Shown: in pieces, positions 13,189 to 26,438 of the stretch
Layout of the letters: every line of letters begins with the position of its first letter
Position numbering within the stretch: position 1 is the stretch's first letter
Source: Selaginella moellendorffii
Lineage: Eukaryota > Plantae > Lycopodiophyta
Reading direction: 5' to 3'
Length of the DNA: 64,000 nt
Assembly (NCBI RefSeq): GCF_000143415.4
Contig: NW_003314286.1
Coordinates: 1,549,718-1,613,717 of the forward strand
Made by a program: the position numbers and the translations under genes
The notes under the pieces: model-generated
What the model was told of the DNA's origin: nothing
Seen by the model: the letters and a program-made list of their open reading frames with translations, nothing else
Databases searched by the model: none

Positions 13189-16100
13189 ATGCGCTCTGAT
13201 TTGAAGCTGCTGATCGAAATGGACCGGGTGAAGGAGATTCTCACCCACCAGTACTCGTATCCTCACGAGCACTCGCGCCATGCGATGCTCGCGGTGCTGG
13301 CCGGCTGCCTCTTCTTCATTTCCACGGACAATTTCCACACGCTGATTCATCGGTTTGACAACAATATCAAGTGGTGGTCCATCTATGCGTTCCTGCTGGG
13401 ATTCTTCTACTTCTTCTCATCGCCTTTTCTCGTCAGGACGATCGAGCCGAGCTACTCGAATTTCAATCGATGGTACTCTTTCTTGTTAGATTGAAAATTA
13501 TGATTTTTCTTTCTTTTTGCTTTATCTCAGGTATGTTCTTTGGTTGCTTGTTGCGGCAGTATATCATCTTCCAAGCTTCCAATCCATGGGAGTTGACATT
13601 CGGATGAACTTATCCCTCTTCCTTACGTTATTTATGGCATCGGTGCTCATCCTCGTCCTCTTTCATATCAGCTATCTGGGATTGTGGTATCTGGGCCTTG
13701 TTGCTCGTCTTGCTGGAAATCGCCCGGAGATCCTCACAATTTTGCAGAACAGCACGGTTTGTTTCTCCTTTAGTTTCCATTTTAAAATTCCTTCTCACTT
13801 GTTTCTTCCGTCGTCTCTTCTTTTTGTAGGTGCTGAGCATTGCATGCTGCGTTTTCTACAGTCACTGTGGAAATCGTGGGCCTAAAGGTAAACCTTTGGG
13901 AAGGCAACTGTCGTCCACGGTGCTGTTCGAGAACTTATTACACTCGAATCTAACAAAATGGATAAACAACTGGCCTCCAATGCACGAAGTAAAAGAACAA
14001 GTGTGTCACAACTGGCTTGGTCCGGTTGGGTCGGCGGCCGACTATCCCGTTTTCTCAAAGTGGGTTGTTTATGGCGAGGTATGAAGCGCTAATTGCAATA
14101 TGTCGGTGGGATATGATTAACAGCCTTGTGATTTCTAGATGGTTTGTCATGATGCTTGCGTTAAAACATCGGAAAACATTTCTCCCATATTTTCCTTATG
14201 GGCGACGTTTATCGGACTCTACATTGCGAACTATATCGTTGAACGCTCCACGGGGTGAGTGGAGACTTTCACCATGTAAACTGAGTAACAAAACCCTTTT
14301 GTGCAGGTGGGCCTTGACACATCCTCAGCCGTCCGGTGCACGACGACGAAAAATTGTTACGGCTCCAGAGTTTCTCGATATGGTTCCATGGTACTCAGGG
14401 TACAGTGAAAGAACCTTGAGGACGCTGATTTCCTGACGCTGGTTCTAACTTTTGCAGAACGTCAGCCGACCTGTTTAAAACAGCGTTTGATCTTGTGATA
14501 TCTGTGACGCTGTTTCTTGGTCGATTCGATTTACGCACTATGCAGGTAACGTTCTTTTCTTAGTTTGTTCTTTTGTATCTAATATGCTTTGGCTCCAGGC
14601 TGCCATTAGTAAAGCACAACAAACTGAAAAGGACGGGTTCCTATATACACATTTTCATAAAAAAGAAGAAATGTGGTTCGATTTTATGGCTGATACTGGA
14701 GACGGGGGTAACTCTACATATACTGTAGCCCGTCTTCTCGCTCAACCATTTCTCAAAGTTAATGTTGGCGGCCGAGAAACTGTTCTCCAGCGTAGTAGTT
14801 TACTTCTTCTTGGAGGCGATCTTGCGTAAGCTTCAATATTGTTCTCATGCATCAAACAGATTGTTTTGCCTTCTATGTTTTGCAGCTATCCAAATCCTTC
14901 TCCAACGTCTTATGAGCAGCGTCTTTTTCGACCATTTGAATATGCAATGCAGCCCCCAAAGTTTTACAGGCCGGAGCATATCGCTGCTACGAAACCAGAG
15001 CTTCCTGATAATGTGGAGAAGCTTCAAGCTTATGTTGGTCCTCAGTGTTTTGCAATTCCAGGAAATCACGGTTGGTGCTTACTATTCAGTTCACTTGCAG
15101 TTCTTCTTATACATGTATTATCGTTTCAGATTGGTTTGATGGACTCGAAACATTTATGCGATACATATGTCACAAAAGCTGGCTTGGAGGCTGGTTACTG
15201 CCTCAAGAGAAGAGCTACTTTGCCTTGCAGCTGCCACACGGATGGTGGGTGTTCGGTCTGGACCAAGCTTTACATGGAGACATAGACTTATTCCAGTTTA
15301 AATATTTTTCCGAGATTGCCAAAGAGCAGGTACTTATCCTTGAATCAATTACCTAGGTGTGTTAAGGTGTTTCTAATGGCACAGGTGGGATCAAAGGACT
15401 CGGTGATTATTATTACTCATGAACCGACCTGGTTACTAGATTGGTACTGGGAAGGGTCAACAGGAAACAATGTTTCTCATCTAATCAAGGATCACCTGAA
15501 AGGCCGCTGTCGTCTACGCTTATCGGGTGATCTACATTTTTATATGCGTCACACGGCAGGCCCAGCAGCCGAGAATCCAGCCAGTGTGCAGCATTTGATA
15601 GTGAATGGCTGTGGCGGAGCTTTTCTTCACCCAACTCACGTCTTCACAAAGTTTTCTCAGTTTGAAGGCACAACGTACCAAAACAAAGCCTCGTACCCTT
15701 TGCCTGTAGACTCCAGAAAGGTATCCCGTTTTGGTGCTTTTCTTAATTTGTTTCTCCTTTCTGACTCGTGCTCTTTTCAGATTGCATTGGGAAACATTCT
15801 GAAGTTTCGAAAGAAAAACTGGAGATTTGATATCATTGGAGGAGTTTTGTATTTCGTCCTCGTTTTTTCCATGTTTCCTCAGGTACTCTGCAGTTCTAAA
15901 TTCTGCCGGATTCGATTCATCAATTCTATTTCTCTTTTATTTCCTGTAGTGCGATCTGGATAAATTTTTTCAGAAAAACACATTCTTTGGACATACTCGG
16001 CAGTTCTTCAATACAGTTGGACAGGTAATATACTTTCTACTAGAGGATTCATATGTTTCGCTGGGGGGACTATTTGGGATGCTTATTCTAGCGGTGCTCT

Positions 16101-17015
16101 TTGTCCCTGGAAAAGTTTCTCGCAAGAAGAAATTTCTTATAGGATTCCTACACTGCTGTGTACATTTAATCGTTGCGATCGGCCTCCTGCTTCTGTTGGA
16201 GCTTGGGATCGAGACTTGCGTTCGACATGGTCTGCTGGGCAATGCAGGTACGTCGATTTCTTTTCTTTTCTTTTTATGTTTCCATTGTAATCTGAACACC
16301 GGTTTCTTTTGTTGGATTCGTAGGCTACCATACCTTGTACGAGTGGTATCGATCAGTTGAAAACGAGCATTTTCCTGACCCTACGGGTTTACGTGCTCGT
16401 ATGGAGCGTTGGACTTTGGGCTTGTATCCCGCGTGCTTAAAGTATTTGATGTCAGCTTTTGATGTTCCAGAGGTAAGGAAAAACATTCCGTTTGCAGTGG
16501 CGGTTTCTGAACTGGATTGTGCAGGTGATGGCTGTGACAAGAAGTAATATTTGCAGGACAGGATTGGATTCTATGTCCCGAGGCTTCAAACTCATCTATT
16601 ACTCCTCGGTCTTCCTCTACTTTTGGGTTTTCTCTACGCCGGTGGTATCGTTTATCTTTGGAAGCTACTTATATACTTGCATCAACTGGCTGAACTTACA
16701 CTTTGACGAGGCGTTCTCGTCATTGCGCATTGCAAACTACAAATCCTTTCTGCGGTGCCATGTGACAAAGACCGGCGATTTGGAAGTCTATACTCTTGCA
16801 GTTGACAAGGTAAACAAGCTTCTTACTTTCTGGTGACAACGTCACCTTTCATGCAGGTTCCAAAGGAGTGGATGTTGGATCCACTCTGGGACGAGGAGCA
16901 ATCAGTGTCTCCCTCTTACAGCAGGAAGTATCCGAGTCAGTGGATACCTCTTCCACCTTACAGGGATGCCAATTGCAACGTCCGGGTGATCGACCACTTT
17001 GTTGTAAGCAAGTAA
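13189..17015 (+). CDS. Membrane-bound calcineurin-like metallophosphoesterase family protein
   Basis: YPHEHSRHA N-terminus; WFDFMADTGDGGN, GGDLAYPNP, IPGNHDWFDGL, GDLHFY and GGAFLHPTH motifs; multiple TM segments; many short introns. Confidence 0.9.
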
Positions 17016-19976
17016 AAGGGAAACAGACTTGTTTATAGAATGACAGGCTCGAGAATGGCCTAGGACACAAGTAAGCCCGAGTTGGGAAGCCACTGGATTG
17101 GGTTTAAAGATTTTTGAGCGAATACCAGCTTGAAAGCTTGTGCGATTTACCCGTCGTGGACTTTGCTTCGTTATTGCTAGATGCAAACAGCACTTGCGTT
17201 TGTCTTTAACACCATGGTCATTCCTACACTGTAATTTGCTTTATAGAAGCAAACCCTCTCAAACTCACCTAGTACATGACTTCACATTTCACAATTGTCA
17301 TTGCTACTAGTCTTTGCTGATGAGTAACTGTCTGAAGTAGAACAACTTAGATTTTGGATCATCCAAAGTTTCCCATGAAACTTGTAATGCAATGGAACTC
17401 ATGGAAAGCAGAGAAACTTTCTGAGCTGCAACACTGGGATACTTTCCGAGTTATAGTGGACCCTCAACTATTCAGATTTATATCTGTTGCTATAATTTTC
17501 ATCTTCACGAGCTAGCGTCCAGTTTTTCAGCTTGCGCAAGAATACGTGGAAAGTAAAGTAATTGCCGTCCCTACCCTTCCATATTCTAATCAGGAGATTT
17601 GACACATCCAATAACAAGGTATACTTTGGTCTTCCCTGATAGGACTCTCAGTCTTGCGAGCGCAGCAGCATTTTGTTGGTCGACAAAAGCGATCAAAGCC
17701 ATTGCGATCTTGGTATCTAGCATTGGAGAGCGCATTTAAATAGACGTTACTTTTCTTTTAGACAAGCAGCAAACATACGTTCGAGAGTGTTCATTAGATG
17801 GGACTGGGTATGATATTTGCGACTTCTCCACCTCTTCTTGGCTTGTGCCTGTACAAGCGAGCTCTGAGGTGGCTAGAGCTCATTAAACTTACCGGCTTGT
17901 CTATACTTCTCTTTTCTTTTTTTCTAGCGAACCACGCCTCAAGTCAATGGACTTGAGGGAAAGACCTGGGAAAAAAATTGAATGCGGAGAGGAAAAAAAA
18001 GGAAAAACCATTCACTTTGTCTCGTGCTTAAATCTTTCCCGCACAGCCATAGCCCGCATGACAGTTCTTATTAGATCTAGATTCGTGAGAGAGAAAGGAC
18101 CACAAACATTGCAAAGTAGCAGTTTTTGCAGCTCCTTTATGGTTGACATGCGTAGGCCTGGCTGTACTGGCTAAAAAATATAAAGTCGAAGTAGTGTGAA
18201 AGTCTACCTCCTTTCAACTAGCTGGCGACTTTCTCAATGGAGCTGGAAAGAATGGATTCATCCTCCTTCTTTTCCTGTGTCAGTATCGCTCAAGACTGTT
18301 TTTCAGTAAGCTAGACCATGACTTGCAATAAAAAAACAACATGCTAAGATCTTGTTCTCCGCCACGAAGGCAGGGCAAAGCGCCACAGGCTGTGGCGGCC
18401 ATGGCTGGGTTGTGCCATGGCAACCATCAAGACGCATTGCAATTCCAGGGCCAAGCCAAGGCATGGCACCACAGATATTAACACTTGCATCATGTGACAC
18501 AATTGAGAATGAGGGGATTGCTCAAGGTTTGTGGCAGCTTTTCTTGTGCCTTTCGCAATTCTTGTGAATGGGGTAGCAGTTCTCGGACTGTCCAGAACGT
18601 CCTCACGCCACAGCGGCCATACCACGCCCTGGCAATGACTAGTCCCAAGCCCAGTCGACCTTTAAACACGATGGATAGTTCAAGTTCTGATTCTGGTTAG
18701 CATGTACAACTGTGTTTCTATGTCATAATCCCTTCATCATTTTGCTTTTCTTATTTCTCAACAGAGATACGGTAAATGAAGCAAGGAACACTTTGATATT
18801 ATGTACATCAGAGAGTACCTTGTTGCTATGTGAGAAGGGAGAGTTTTGCTACTTCGTTGCATTCTAAAACTAGAATCAAGAGTCATATATATGCAGAAAA
18901 AAAAAATGTTGATTAGCTAAAACCTCCACTATACTTTTATGTTTCTTATAATTGAAAAATTTGGATTGGGATAACGAACTTTTATGTTTTGATTCTAGTA
19001 CCTTGGTGACTAAATAAATTGTACATTTGATTTATATTAATAATTAACAATGTGAATTTACAAATTTTACCATAAACACTTAACATTGTTTGCTTACTTA
19101 AGTAAGAGTGCTAATTGTAATAGTTTTGTTGTTTAAAGGTTTTGTAATATTTGATTTCATGTAGAAATGATAGAAATGTTGTTAAAGTATTATCCATTGC
19201 ATAGCTTATCAAATTTTATGGTTAGAATTTACTTATTAAATTTAAATATTTTTATTTTAAAAAAATAATTTATACATACAATCACATATTCATTGTCATA
19301 AAATTATAAATCAATTGACAAGTTATACAAAACTTCTGACAATAATAAGGGCAGCTTTAATATTCATAAAAAAATAACATTTGAAAAACTTTGAATTAGC
19401 ACTTTAATAAATACATAAAAATACATAAAAGGCCAAAGTAGACAATCATTAGAAAATAAAACATAAAAATAAAACGATTTGATAAAGTAATAATATTTAA
19501 ATATCTATCTTAATTATCTTATTATCTTAATAATTATCTTCTTAACTAAAGGAGCCTGTACGAGTCATTTAATTGGTCGCTGTTCGACTACGGTGCTGAG
19601 TTTGACTGCCTTGAGACCAGGATCCAGTGCCTGGATTCTGGTAGAAAGAGAAAAATGAAATATTTTCGCTTAGGCAATTCTAAACAAAAGCCTTTGGGTT
19701 CAACTTCTAGAAAAAAAATCCGAGTTGCGAGCTCCTCTAACGCAAAGAAGTCTGCATTTTGTGCATAATTTCGCATAACACCTATACACGCTCTTGGGGC
19801 GCTCCGAGTCCTTCCGCCCATGGAAAGAAGGTGGCCGATTCCATTCCATCCCATCAATAAGACGCCCGAACTTTTGCCATTTTTATAACGCGGGATTTTG
19901 GGCTGGAATCAGTTGAGAGAGTTGGAGCTTTTTTGAGCTGCTGACTTCTCCAAATTCTCGACTCTCGAGGCTGAGC

Positions 19977-22483
19977 ATGGGTTGCATCACGCAGCTGGTC
20001 CCACAATTTTCTCCATCTTCTTCTTCGTCTTTCTCGTGCTCGATCCTCCGCCATTCTTCCAAGCCGGTTTCAGCTGGGAAGAGATCTTCTGCCAAGTTGA
20101 TCACTGCAAACTCAGCCACGCGATCGCGATCCTCGTTGCTGCAAACGCGGAGACAACATAAACAACCCAGGAGGTGTCGCCTGAGAATGGAAGCGAGCGA
20201 ACATCCAGCAGCAGCTACAGCAGCCTCCCACCAGGAAAAGCCGAGGAGTTCATCCAGCATCGGGAACGCAAAGCTTGTCATCAATGGAGATGGCGGCCAA
20301 GCTAGCCAAGAATCGCCGTCCTCGACCACGACGATCACTGCTAACATGATGAGTGCATTCCCGTCCTGGGTGCCGGAGGGATCATCGTCGCTGATTGGGA
20401 GCGAGAATATGGACAGGGAAGGGCTGGGGATCAAGCATTTCCTCAAGGACAAAAACATCCTCATCACCGGTGCTACTGGCTTCCTCGCCAAAGGTTCAAA
20501 CTTCCTGAGCCACTTTTATAGATTTTTCTCAAAAAATTTTTGTTGTCATAGTTCTCGTGGAGAAGATTCTAAGAACACAACCCGACGTCGGCCATCTCTT
20601 CCTCCTCATCAACGCAAAGTCGAGTCAGAGTGCCAGCGAGAGACTCCGAAAAGAAGTATAGTACAAAAACTTTATTTGTGATGGACGCTCCATTGGTTTT
20701 GACATCGTAAATGCAGGTCCAATGCTCGAGGCTATTCCAAGTGCTCCAGGACAAGCACGGGGACGAGTACGAAGATTTCATCCAGGCCAAGCTTACTGCG
20801 GTCGCCGGGAATGTGGCCAAGGAGGACGTCGGGATTGACAAGGATGTTGCGCAAGCTCTGGCCAGCGAAATCGACGTCATAGTAAACTCGGCCGCGACCA
20901 CCAATTTCATAGAAAGGTAGAGCGATTTTTTCCTATTTTTCTCTTCTCAAGAGGGGTTTTCTCTTCTCTCCAAGGTACGACACTGCTTTGGATATCAACA
21001 CAAAAGGTCCCTTCCATCTCCTCGAGTTTGCCAAGAGGTGCCATCGCCTCAAGCTTTTTCTTCATGTATCCACAGGTAGGATAAACAGAAAAAGAAGAAA
21101 ACAAGGATGATCTTTGTTTTCGCAGCCTATGTCAATGGGAAGCGCGTTGGGCGAGCTCTGGAGAAACCGTTTCGAATGGACGAGAGCATTGCGCGGGAGA
21201 GCTTGGGCAACGAGAGCGCCCCGCCGCTGAGCGTGGCCCAGGAGATCGAGTCCGTGTGCAAGCTGTCGTTGTTGGCTCCGGCCCACGACAAAGACGAGGT
21301 TGCCCAGCAAACCGCCTTCATGAAAGAGCTCGGGCTCAAGAGGTCGGTCCAATCATGGAACTCCCGACTCTTTTCTTACGTTTCTTTTGCGAAAACTTTC
21401 TAGTTTTGCAAGGCTGACTTGAGTTTTCTGTGCTGCTCACAGGGCAGCTTTGCATGGATGGCAAGACACTTACGTCTTCACAAAAGCCATGGGAGAAATG
21501 CTCGTCTGTGAGAACCGCCAAGACGTGCCAGTGGTGATAGTAAGGCCGACGGTGGTCGAGGGGACTTTCAACCAGCCCTTCTCGGGATGGATGGAAGGCA
21601 TCCGGTAAGCCTTTCGCTTTTTCCATGTAGAATCCGTCACACTCTTCCTTCTTCAAGCATGATGGATCCCATACTGCTAACTTACGGCAAAGGTCAGACG
21701 TCGAGCTTCTACGTTGATCCAAACGGAGTTCTCGACGTGGTAAGTTCGTCCAAGTTCCTACTTTGCTTTGCTGGAAAAACTTGCGTGGAATTTGGCAAGG
21801 TTCCCGCGGACATGGTCGTCAACACGATCCTGGCGAGCATGGCCAAGCACGCAGGCAAGAAAGGCTGCCTCAACGTCTACCAGGTGGGATCATCCGTCGT
21901 GAACCCGCTAACGTTTGACAAGCTCGCAAAGTACACGTACGAGCACTTTCGGTCGCAGCCTTTCGTGGATCAGAAGGGGAACCCCGTCATGATCCCAAAG
22001 ATGACCTTCATCACCAACAAATACACCTTGTTCCTCTACAACTACTTGCAGTTCAATCTCCCCGTTCTAGTAAGCCGAGCTCTAGACTCTTCGTTTTCCC
22101 ATGGATTTTGACGCTGGTTTCTTCGTTTGCTGCCGCAGATCTCCAGATTGTTTCCATGGTTCCAACGGGAGGACACTCAAAGACGGCTGAAATACCTCTC
22201 GTATGCCTCGCAGAGAGTGAACCAGCTGATCGATACGTACGCGGCGTACACATTCTACAAAGGAAGGTGATCTTCGTCTTCTCTTTGCTCGTCTAGCTGA
22301 ATCGCAGCTCGCAGATTCGACATCTCCAATCTGGAGAGGCTGTACAAGGAGCTATCGGCCGAGGAGCGCGACGAGTTTGGGTTCGCGGTGTGGAGCATCG
22401 ATTGGGACAAGTACATAAAAGACGTCCATCTCCCGGGCCTCAGGAAGTACACGCTCGATGGAAACACCGCGTTTCGTCTATGA
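19977..22483 (+). CDS. Fatty acyl-CoA reductase (MS2/FAR2-like, with plastid transit-like N-terminal extension)
   Basis: ITGATGFLAK NAD-binding motif, GWQDTYVFTKAMGEM (YxxxK), VPADMVVN, sterile domain IDWDKYIKDVHLPGLRKY; Ser-rich N-terminus. Confidence 0.93.
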
Positions 22484-22537
22484 TCCATCTCCTCTCAATG
22501 CTGAATAAAGGATGATTCTTTTGTCCAAATTTTCATT

Positions 22538-22607
22538 GTGTTCTAGATTAGGGTTTAAGGTTTATGCGCAGCGTGTTCTAGATTAGGGTTTAGGGTTTAT
22601 GCGCAGC
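22538..22607 (+). promoter_or_regulatory. Tandem ~35-bp duplication carrying telo-boxes immediately upstream of the Misato ATG
   Basis: gtgttctagattagggttt(a/ag)ggtttatgcgcagc occurs twice and contains TTAGGGTTT (reverse complement of AAACCCTAA). Confidence 0.7.
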
Positions 22608-22608
22608 G

Positions 22609-24877
22609 ATGCGGGAGATTGCGACTCTACAGATTGGCGCTTACGCGAATTTCGTTGGCGCGCATTTCTGGAACTTCCAGGTTCGTGATCGGCTTGCATC
22701 GATCTGGGTTCTCGAGAGCTAGCCCTAGGCCGAGCGATGACCTCGGTAGCAAACAGAGGCAGCGTGGTATTCCGCGAGAGAGGTTTCAACGCGGCGCACG
22801 ATTTCGTGTGATGGGCTTAGATCGAAGCGGCGGGCGAGTCTTGTTGGTGGAATGTGAAGTCACATTGCATTGACGACATGCCTCACATTTGCATCCATTC
22901 TTTAGCATTCTTCTTTCGCTTTGTTCTTTGTTTCCTTCTTAAGTCTTGTTTGTTTCTTAGGATGAATTGCTTGGCCTCGCGGCCGACCATGAAGCAGATC
23001 CCGTGTTCCAGCGATCGGGCCTGGACATGGACGTGCTCTACCGGACTGGCGAAACTCGTCAGGTAAATCTTTTCTAGGATTTTCGTCCTGTTGGTTTTCA
23101 ACTTGATACTTTCGTTTATCTACCAGGGTGTCGCGACCTATACCCCGCGACTGGTAGCGATCGATCTACGAGGTAATCTCTCTCGTGCTAGACAATGTTG
23201 TGTTATTTCTCTATACAGTGTCTATGCAGGAAGCCTAGGAGCTGTGCGCTCGTCTGGGTCGCTTTATGATGAAGGGCAAGGGGTATTGCATGGAACGCAA
23301 CTTCATACTTGGTATGAGCTTTGTTTTTTCGTGGACAGGGATGACATTGTTGTAATACAGGACTGGGCCTGTGTCGTTGCACAAAGAGGAACCGCCGGAA
23401 AAGAGTGAATTTTTGAAACGGTTGGAGGCAGAAGAAGCTGGCCAGCAGTCGAACGCAACAGACGAGACGATTGTGCAGGGGCTCGATGAAAGAGTTCAAT
23501 CGTGGACGGACTACTCTAAAGTACAGTTACATCCTCGCAGTGTCTACGAGATCGAGGGTATTTGGAACACAGTGACGCCTTTCGACAGCTTTTGCCATGG
23601 GAAGGGGTTGTTTACGCAATCCTTTCGCCTTGAAGAGTTCCAAGAGCGCTTCCGGTTTTTCGTCGAAGAATGCGATCATTTGCAGGTGCTTTTTAGCTGC
23701 AAACGTTTCATGGATAATCACCACGGTCTTTTCAGGGTGTTCAAGCTCTTGTAGATGATTCTGGAGGCTTTTCGGGAGTTGCAAGTGACATATTGACAAA
23801 CTTTGAAGACGAGTACGGGGGCATACCTTTCATGCTCTTCACGGTTCGGCCTCCCGAGGAGGAACCGCGTCCTGTCGTACGCTCGCTCCATGATGCTGTT
23901 TCGTTTGCGTCTTTATCATCGATTGGAGACATCGTCGTTCCTCTTGGTCTTCCTCAGCTATCTCGAAGTAAGTATCAGGGGATGCTTATTTCTTGCGCTT
24001 AACATTTTTTCTGTTCTTCAGGTGCGTTTGCGAGACACTTGACGATTGACGATGCAAAGGTTTTCCAAACAAGCGCTGTTTATGCGGGAGCTTTACATAA
24101 TGCGACTCTTCCGTTCAGGATGCTGGCTTCCTCTACACAGGTTGGAGGCTGTGATATGGGAGTTCTAGTGAAGGGCCTCACGTACGCCACCAGGAACGTT
24201 GCTAATCTATCCGCTGCCTTGCCTTCAGGTATGTCATCGATTTTTAAGCAAGATTTGCGAGAACCTTTGGTTTTTTTTCTCTCCGTCCGTAGATGGCATT
24301 ACAAGAGGCTTGGATTTGTCAGCTCTCACTCCGGAGGTTGCACTAGCTTCTTCACAGGACTACGCTGCAGAAAGCTATGTCATACAAGGTGCTCGCCTCG
24401 CAGGTATGACAAGCTTATAATCTAATAGATCTTTCTGATACGCCGAAAGCAGGATCCAAAGGACTTGCTACTGTTACCGATGTCATGAAGTCCATGAACT
24501 ACGGGAAGCAGAAGTTTTCAAGTCACGTCGCTTGTTCGCCATGTCCCTTGCCGGTGCCCCTTCCTTTCCCTTCCATCTTTCGCTCTTCAGTCGGCCGATA
24601 TGGTGATATTCTACTCGAAACTTCTCCATCGTCAGCTACGGGAAGGGGTGCCTTGGACGTTTTTAGCGTTCCAGTCGCTACGAGCTTGCGGACCGATAAG
24701 GGGATAGAACCATACTTGAGACGGCGACTGAGCGATATCGAGCAGCTGGGATTGAAGAGGCAGTCTCCTGTGCTGCAAGACTGGGATCTGGCAAGAGAAG
24801 ACGTGGAGGAGTTGAGAGAAGTTCTTGCCAACACTCTTGCGAGGTATGCCGACGAGACTGAGTTTGATTCCTCGTAA
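22609..24877 (+). CDS. MSTO1: Misato/DML1 tubulin-like protein
   Basis: MREIATLQIGAYANFVGAHFWNFQ, YTPRLVAIDLRGSLG, WTDYSKVQLHPRS, RFFVEECDHLQG...DDSGGFSGVA. Confidence 0.92.
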
Positions 24878-25525
24878 TTGGATAGTCTACAAGTAGTGAG
24901 TTGCAAAACTTTGAAAGAGCTTATCTTTTCTTCTCTCTTTTGTTCTTACGTTTGAGAGCTTTCTTCTTCCTCGGAATTTCTAGATCGGGTTTGCTAGCCT
25001 CTTCTCGTTGTCTTTTCCTCTGGATTTTCTTTGCTTCTTCGATCGGGACTTTGAACTTTTTGACAGGCTAGAAGAGTTCCAAAGTTCTCAGTGGGAGAGA
25101 GAAAAAAAAGAAAAAAACATACCTTGGCTCCTAGTGTCTCTGCTCTTTCCTGTTCCAGTTTCTTCTTCTGTTTCCAGTTGAGATGTGAATTCCCTGATGT
25201 GTAGCAAAACCCGTAAGAAAAGAATCGAGGAAACGATGGAAGCTCCTACCAACAATCCTCTCCACTCCCCGAAAGATGCTGCTCAGATCGAAATCTCGAA
25301 GGAAGAACTCCTCGTTTCCATCTTGCGTGGGAGGCCTCTTGGAAGAAGGGGCCTCCTTGAGCACATCCGTCGCTTTGGACGACTGCACGCAACCATTTAG
25401 AACTCGCGAGCAGCGCATTTCGACACAGATACCATGAAAAGCTTGCGATTCCTCCTGTGATCGTCGCGGCTGCCCCGGCGCCTCGCCGGATCGACGAATT
25501 CCACGACCTCCATATCGCCCAGAAA

Positions 25526-25550
25526 TTAGGGTTTCCTAGGTTTAGGGTTT
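25526..25550 (+). promoter_or_regulatory. Telo-box cluster upstream of TRM8
   Basis: ttagggtttcctaggtttagggttt lies ~12 bp before the ATG. Confidence 0.6.
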
Positions 25551-25561
25551 ATCGCAGAAGG

Positions 25562-26323
25562 ATGGGGAACAAGAAGGGCGCTGCGTGCGCGCACCCCAGG
25601 AAGCGATTCTACCGCGCTCGCGCCCACAGCAATCCTCTCAGCGACTCGCATTTTCCAGTTCCAGTGAGCCCCGCGCACTGCGACTGGTCGGAGCACTTCC
25701 CTGTTCTAGCCGCGGCGGGCGATGGATCTGCATCAGGGCAGCAGCAGCAGCAAGCTCCCAAGGTCCGATTTGCGGACGTGGGGTGTGGATTTGGGGGCCT
25801 GCTCGTCCGCCTCTCGGATCTCTACCCGGAGACGCTGATGATCGGGATGGAGCTCCGGGACAAAGTGACCGAGTACGTCAAGGAGAGGATCGCGGCGCTG
25901 CGCAAGAACAATCCCGGTCGCTACGGGAATATCTCGGTCATCCGGACCAACGCGATGAAGTTCCTGCCCAATTACTTCGACAAGGGGCAGCTGGAGAAGA
26001 TGTTCTTCCTCTTCCCGGATCCACACTTCAAGGAGAAGAATCACCGCAGGAGGATCATCAGCCAGGGATTGCTGGCCGAGTACGCGTACGTGATGGCCGA
26101 GGGGGGGATCCTCTACACCGTCACGGACGTCCAGGAGCTCGGGGAGTGGATGAAATCCAACCTCGATGCGCATCCCCTGTTTGAGAGGATCAATCTGGAG
26201 GAGCAAAGTAGCGATCCGGTGGTGGAATTTCTAGTGGCGACGTCGGAGGAGGGCCAGAAGGTCGCGAGGAATCGAGGCGACACGTTCGTCGCTGTGTACC
26301 GGAGAGTTCCATCGCCGCCATAG
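25562..26323 (+). CDS. TRM8: tRNA (guanine-N7)-methyltransferase catalytic subunit, single exon
   Basis: PRKRFYRARAHSNPLSD, FADVGCGFGGL, GMELRDKV, FFLFPDPHFK, SEEGQKVARN. Confidence 0.96.
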   Translation: MGNKKGAACAHPRKRFYRARAHSNPLSDSHFPVPVSPAHCDWSEHFPVLAAAGDGSASGQQQQQAPKVRFADVGCGFGGLLVRLSDLYPETLMIGMELRDKVTEYVKERIAALRKNNPGRYGNISVIRTNAMKFLPNYFDKGQLEKMFFLFPDPHFKEKNHRRRIISQGLLAEYAYVMAEGGILYTVTDVQELGEWMKSNLDAHPLFERINLEEQSSDPVVEFLVATSEEGQKVARNRGDTFVAVYRRVPSPP

Positions 26324-26389
26324 CCGGAAGCATATTCCCCATTTGATGCTTCTTTCGTTTTGTTAAAGGATAAAAAGTGCTCCCGATTT

Positions 26390-26414
26390 CTAGGGTTCTA
26401 AGGGTTTAGGGTTT
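26390..26414 (+). promoter_or_regulatory. Telo-box cluster
   Basis: ctagggttctaagggtttagggttt upstream of the ATG at 26439. Confidence 0.55.
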
Positions 26415-26438
26415 GCTAGTTTTCCTGGGCGGGAGATT

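Noticed and set aside
18300-18700. GC-richer island with several gccatggc palindromes
   Set aside because: Could be a small non-autonomous TE, but I could not define TIRs or a TSD.
25131-25456. Short ORFs upstream of TRM8
   Set aside because: No recognisable motif or convincing splice structure.
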